Assembly (NCBI GenBank): GCA_025463745.1
Contig: JAODBB010000233.1
Coordinates: forward strand, 202 to 64,201
From: Subtercola sp.
GTDB lineage: Bacteria > Actinomycetota > Actinomycetes > Actinomycetales > Microbacteriaceae
Direction: 5' to 3'
DNA: 64,000 nucleotides
In this document: one piece after another, positions 60,172 through 64,000 of the stretch
How the letters are laid out: each line of letters opens with the position of its first letter
Position numbering within the stretch: position 1 is the first letter of the stretch
The notes under the pieces: generated by a model
Told to the model about the DNA's origin: nothing
Seen by the model: only the letters and a program-made list of their open reading frames with translations
The model's database searches: none
Translations under genes and position numbers: made by a program

Positions 60172-61278
60172 TTAACGTATCGGCTCGGCAACATGCTTCT
60201 TTGAGAGGTTTTTAACAATCTCTTCGGTAGAAGTCAGGAGTTTATCCACTGATTCTGACTCTCCGATGGAAACCCTGATTCCGTCAGGGTGAAATGGCCG
60301 GGCCATGATGCCGTTTTTCACAAGAATCGCTGCGGCCTCGTTGGTGAAGTCGCCGGTGGCGAGCCACACGAAATTACCCTGAGGCTCGGGCACCGACCAT
60401 CCCTGCTCGATGAGCCCATGCCAGATCTTCGTTCGGAGTTCGGCGATGCGACCGACGCGCTCGAGTAGTTCGTCTTCGACATCGAGCGAGGCGAGAGCGG
60501 CCAGTTGCGCGTGAAGCGTGACCGAGAGGGGAATGCTCGCACTGCGGGCTGCGTCGATGACGCTCACCGGCCCGATGCCGTACCCGATTCGCAACCCTGC
60601 CAGGCCGTACGCCTTCGAGAACGTGCGAAGTACCACGAGGTTCGGGTAGCGGCCGAGCACGTCTGAGCCCTTCACCGCCTCGGGGTCGGTGACGAACTCG
60701 GTATATGCCTCATCGAGAATGACCAGCAGATCGCTCGGAACGAGTGCCATGAAATCGGCGAACTCGGTCTTCGTGACGATGGTACTGGTGGGGTTGTTCG
60801 GAGTGCAGACGATGATCGCTCGCGTGCGGTCGGTGATGGCGGCGGCCATGGCAGGCAGATCATGACCATGATCGGCCCGATTGGGCACCTGCACACTCAC
60901 GGCGCCGCTCATCGGCGGGAGCAAGGGATACGCCTCGAATGACCGCCACGAGTAGATGACCTCGTCACCGGCGCCGGCCGCCGCGATCACCAGCTGAGCG
61001 AGCAACGCAACCGACCCGGCACCCACGATGATCTGTTCGATCTCGACACCGTTCCGCTCGGCAAGGCGGCCCGACAGTTCTGGCGCAAACCCGTTCGGGT
61101 AACGGTGCATCGTCTCTGAGGCCAACTGCGCTGCGGCCAGAACGCCTGGCAACGGCGGAAACGGGTTCTCGTTCGACGACAGCTTGAAGCCGCCCTCGAC
61201 GACTTTGCCCTGACGGTACGGCGGCAACGCGACGATCTCAGGGCGCAACTTGATCGGGGGAGTAGCAGAGGCGCTCAT
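60172..61278 (-). CDS. Histidinol-phosphate/aromatic aminotransferase (HisC/Pat family)
   Basis: [35 protein letters not shown]; TACAAT -10. Confidence 0.9.
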   Translation of the reverse strand: MSASATPPIKLRPEIVALPPYRQGKVVEGGFKLSSNENPFPPLPGVLAAAQLASETMHRYPNGFAPELSGRLAERNGVEIEQIIVGAGSVALLAQLVIAAAGAGDEVIYSWRSFEAYPLLPPMSGAVSVQVPNRADHGHDLPAMAAAITDRTRAIIVCTPNNPTSTIVTKTEFADFMALVPSDLLVILDEAYTEFVTDPEAVKGSDVLGRYPNLVVLRTFSKAYGLAGLRIGYGIGPVSVIDAARSASIPLSVTLHAQLAALASLDVEDELLERVGRIAELRTKIWHGLIEQGWSVPEPQGNFVWLATGDFTNEAAAILVKNGIMARPFHPDGIRVSIGESESVDKLLTSTEEIVKNLSKKHVAEPIR

Positions 61279-61393
61279 CTGAGCATTGTATTTCACCGGC
61301 ATCGCTCGGGTGCGTGTGCACGAGGTTCTCACGGCCGAAGTCAAGGGATTCTCGCCGCTATCCCCGAAGCGCCGCACCTGCCATAGTTATCGC

Positions 61394-61795
61394 ATGGCCC
61401 GATTCATCGTCTCGCTGATTACCAACGCGATCGCCCTGTGGTTGACCACGCTGATCGTGAGCGGAGTGACGCTCAAGCCGTACGCCGACAACAGCTTCGC
61501 CATCGTGGTGTCGTTTCTGTTCGTCGCTCTGATCTTCGGCATCGTCAACGGCATCATCGGCACCGCGATCCGCATTGTCGCGTTTCCGTTGTACATTCTC
61601 ACGCTCGGCCTCATCTCCCTGATCGTGAACGCGATTCTGCTCCTGCTGGCGAGCTGGGTCACCAGCTGGTTCGGTTTCGGCCTCGAGGTCGACGGATTCT
61701 GGACGGCCGTTCTGGGCGCTCTGGTGCTCGCCATACTGAGCGCGATCATCGGCGCGATTCTGAAGGCGATCTTCCGCGTGGGCCGGCGCCGCTGA
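61394..61795 (+). CDS. 4-TM YvlD/holin-like membrane protein
   Basis: FG.VN, P.YILTLGL..L.VNA, VDGFW.A..GA. Confidence 0.82.
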   Translation: MARFIVSLITNAIALWLTTLIVSGVTLKPYADNSFAIVVSFLFVALIFGIVNGIIGTAIRIVAFPLYILTLGLISLIVNAILLLLASWVTSWFGFGLEVDGFWTAVLGALVLAILSAIIGAILKAIFRVGRRR

Positions 61796-61838
61796 GCTGC
61801 CCCCCACGGGCGGCCTCTCAATAGACGAAGATAGAGGT

Positions 61839-62426
61839 ATGCCCGACGACCGCCCCTTGCGACGAGACGGCGTCTTTCACGTGAGCATGGTCTGCACCGG
61901 CAACATCTGCCGGTCACCCATGGCCGAAGTGGTTCTGCGCGACCTCGTTCACAAGGGCGGGTTGGATGACCGCATCACCGTCACCTCGGCCGCAACCGGC
62001 GATTGGCATGTGGGCGAAAAAGCAGATCCACGTACCGTCGAGTCGCTCGCCCGGCGCGGTTACAACGGCCGAGCTCACCGCGCCCGCCAATTCGATCCGA
62101 GCTGGTTCGACGACCTCGACCTGATCGTGGTGCTCGACCGCAGCCATGAACGTGTACTTCGCGCCTGGGCGCAGAACGACGCCGACCGCTCGAAGATTCG
62201 TCTGTTGGCGAGTTTCGACCCCGACTCGGCGGGCTCCAGCGACGTGCCCGACCCGTACTATTCCGACAGCGCTATGTTCGACCAGGTGCTCACCACCATC
62301 GAGAGCGGCTGCCGCGCCCTCTTCGGCCAGCTCGAACCGGCGCTTCGGCATCAGCCCGGCACGGGCATCCCGAACCAGCACCCCACCACCACCGCCCGCC
62401 ACGGCGAGACCACCCCCGGAGCCTAG
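61839..62426 (+). CDS. ptpA: Low molecular weight protein-tyrosine phosphatase
   Basis: VCTGNICRS, DVPDPYY. Confidence 0.9.
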   Translation: MPDDRPLRRDGVFHVSMVCTGNICRSPMAEVVLRDLVHKGGLDDRITVTSAATGDWHVGEKADPRTVESLARRGYNGRAHRARQFDPSWFDDLDLIVVLDRSHERVLRAWAQNDADRSKIRLLASFDPDSAGSSDVPDPYYSDSAMFDQVLTTIESGCRALFGQLEPALRHQPGTGIPNQHPTTTARHGETTPGA

Positions 62427-62429
62427 ACC

Positions 62430-63821
62430 ATGTCACTTCCCCCCCAACCCCTCAGCCCACTCGACGGCCGTTACCGCCCCGCGGTCAGCGCGCTGGGCGA
62501 GTTTCTCTCTGAAGCCGGCCTCAACCGGGCCCGCGTCACGGTCGAGGTCGAGTGGCTGATCTACCTCACCGATCACGAATTCGCCGGATCGTCCAGACTG
62601 ACCGACGAACAGATTCGCAGCCTGCGCCACGTGGCCTCCTCTTTCGGCCAGACCGAGATCGATGAGCTCGCCGCGCTCGAGGCGACCACCCGGCACGATG
62701 TGAAGGCCGTCGAATACCTCGTACGCAACCGCCTCACGCAGCTCGGCCTCAACGAGGTCGCCGAGCTTACGCACTTCGCGGCGACCAGCGAAGACATCAA
62801 CAACCTCTCGTACGCTCTCACCATTCGCGAGGCTGTCACAATGGTATGGATGCCCGCCCTCCGCAACGTCATCGAAGAACTCCGGCGCCAGGCCGTGCTC
62901 TACCGCGACGACGCGATGCTCGCTCGCACCCACGGCCAGCCCGCGACGCCCACCACCATGGGCAAAGAGCTGGCGGTTTTCGTCTACCGCCTCGAACGCA
63001 TCGTGACGCAGCTCTCGCGTACCGAGTACCTCGCCAAGTTCAGCGGCGCCACCGGCACATTCGCGGCTCATCTCGCCGCCGATGACTCACTCGACTGGCC
63101 GCACGTCTCTGAGGAGTTCGTCACCTCGCTCGGGCTCACCTGGAACCCGCTCACCACGCAAATCGAGTCGCACGACTGGCAGGCCGAGCTGTATTCGCAG
63201 ATCGCGCATGCCAACCGGGTGCTGCACAACCTCTGCACCGACATCTGGACCTACATTTCGCTCGGCTATTTCACGCAGATTCCTGTCGAGGGCGCCACGG
63301 GTTCGTCGACGATGCCGCACAAGATCAACCCAATCAGGTTCGAGAACGCCGAAGCCAACCTCGAGCTCTCGAGCGCTCTGCTCGACTCACTCGGCCAGAC
63401 CCTCGTCACCTCCCGCCTGCAGCGTGATCTCACTGACTCGAGCACACAGCGCAACATCGGCGTCGCGCTCGGTCATTCATTGTTGGCTCTCAACAACATC
63501 CTGGGCGGCCTGGGCCAGATCTCGCTGAACCGCCAGCTGCTCGCGGCAGACCTCGACGACAACTGGGAGATTCTCGGCGAGGCCATTCAAACCGTCGTTC
63601 GTGCTGAGATCACCGCGGGCCGCAGCTCGATCACCGACCCCTATGCCCTGCTCAAAGACCTCACTCGCGGCAAGAAGCTCAGCCAGGCCGACCTGGTCGC
63701 TTTCGTCGAGGGCCTCGACATTGGCGCTGCGGCGAAGGGGCGCCTCGTCGCACTCACTCCCGCCACGTACACCGGCCTCGCGAGCCAGCTCGTCGACTAC
63801 ATCGCTCGCGCCACCGACTGA
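62430..63821 (+). CDS. purB: Adenylosuccinate lyase
   Basis: LSPLDGRY, HDVKA, RTHGQPA, SSTMPHKINP. Confidence 0.97.
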   Translation: MSLPPQPLSPLDGRYRPAVSALGEFLSEAGLNRARVTVEVEWLIYLTDHEFAGSSRLTDEQIRSLRHVASSFGQTEIDELAALEATTRHDVKAVEYLVRNRLTQLGLNEVAELTHFAATSEDINNLSYALTIREAVTMVWMPALRNVIEELRRQAVLYRDDAMLARTHGQPATPTTMGKELAVFVYRLERIVTQLSRTEYLAKFSGATGTFAAHLAADDSLDWPHVSEEFVTSLGLTWNPLTTQIESHDWQAELYSQIAHANRVLHNLCTDIWTYISLGYFTQIPVEGATGSSTMPHKINPIRFENAEANLELSSALLDSLGQTLVTSRLQRDLTDSSTQRNIGVALGHSLLALNNILGGLGQISLNRQLLAADLDDNWEILGEAIQTVVRAEITAGRSSITDPYALLKDLTRGKKLSQADLVAFVEGLDIGAAAKGRLVALTPATYTGLASQLVDYIARATD

Positions 63822-64000
63822 ACGCTCGGGCGCCCTTTTCGGGAGGGCCGACGGTAGGGGTCCGTTCAGGGAAGGGCAGGTCGCCCTTCGGTAAACTCAG
63901 TGCCCTTTCGGGCCTGGCCCGAGAAATGGCCGGGGAGTGCCGGTGCCGTCGGCCCCGTCTTCGCCCGACATATCCCGAATCTCGGCCTCATTCGGCTTGA

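Noticed and set aside
61394-61795. Holin-like gene as prophage evidence
   Set aside because: YvlD-type proteins are common chromosomal genes; flanked by housekeeping genes with no phage genes

Overview
High-GC actinobacterial chromosomal segment; gene content and order suggest Microbacteriaceae (inference). In order it holds: the end of a rhamnose operon (rhaD/EW-like, rhaB); a FadR-regulated ABC transporter + PuuE-like + racemase-like cluster; a GT2-GtrA/GT39 glycosylation pair; lldR-lldD; about 30 kb of small accessory genes (regulators, hydrolases, MMPL, MFS, GNATs, vapBC, an ECF42 locus, LexA-boxed alkB, an EXPERA protein); phosphoketolase; DUF2470-hmuO; and a core block (Pif1-like helicase, CopD/CtaG, HU, Zn-free rpmB-rpmG-rpsN, zur/znu, 2-oxoacid dehydrogenase E1/E2, hisC-like, ptpA, purB). 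I saw no rRNA, tRNA, CRISPR array, transposase or integrase. Most notable: an ECF42 sigma factor split into sigma2 and sigma4-TPR ORFs with an ATGA overlap; a ureide-type uptake/catabolic cluster whose racemase lacks both catalytic cysteines; a frameshifted low-GC gene diverging from the alkB SOS box; a TMEM97/EBP-like protein; a structured rpmB leader; and apparent over-representation of GCATCC. All calls come from reading motifs by eye, with no database searches. Start codons were adjusted using RBS or -10 evidence.
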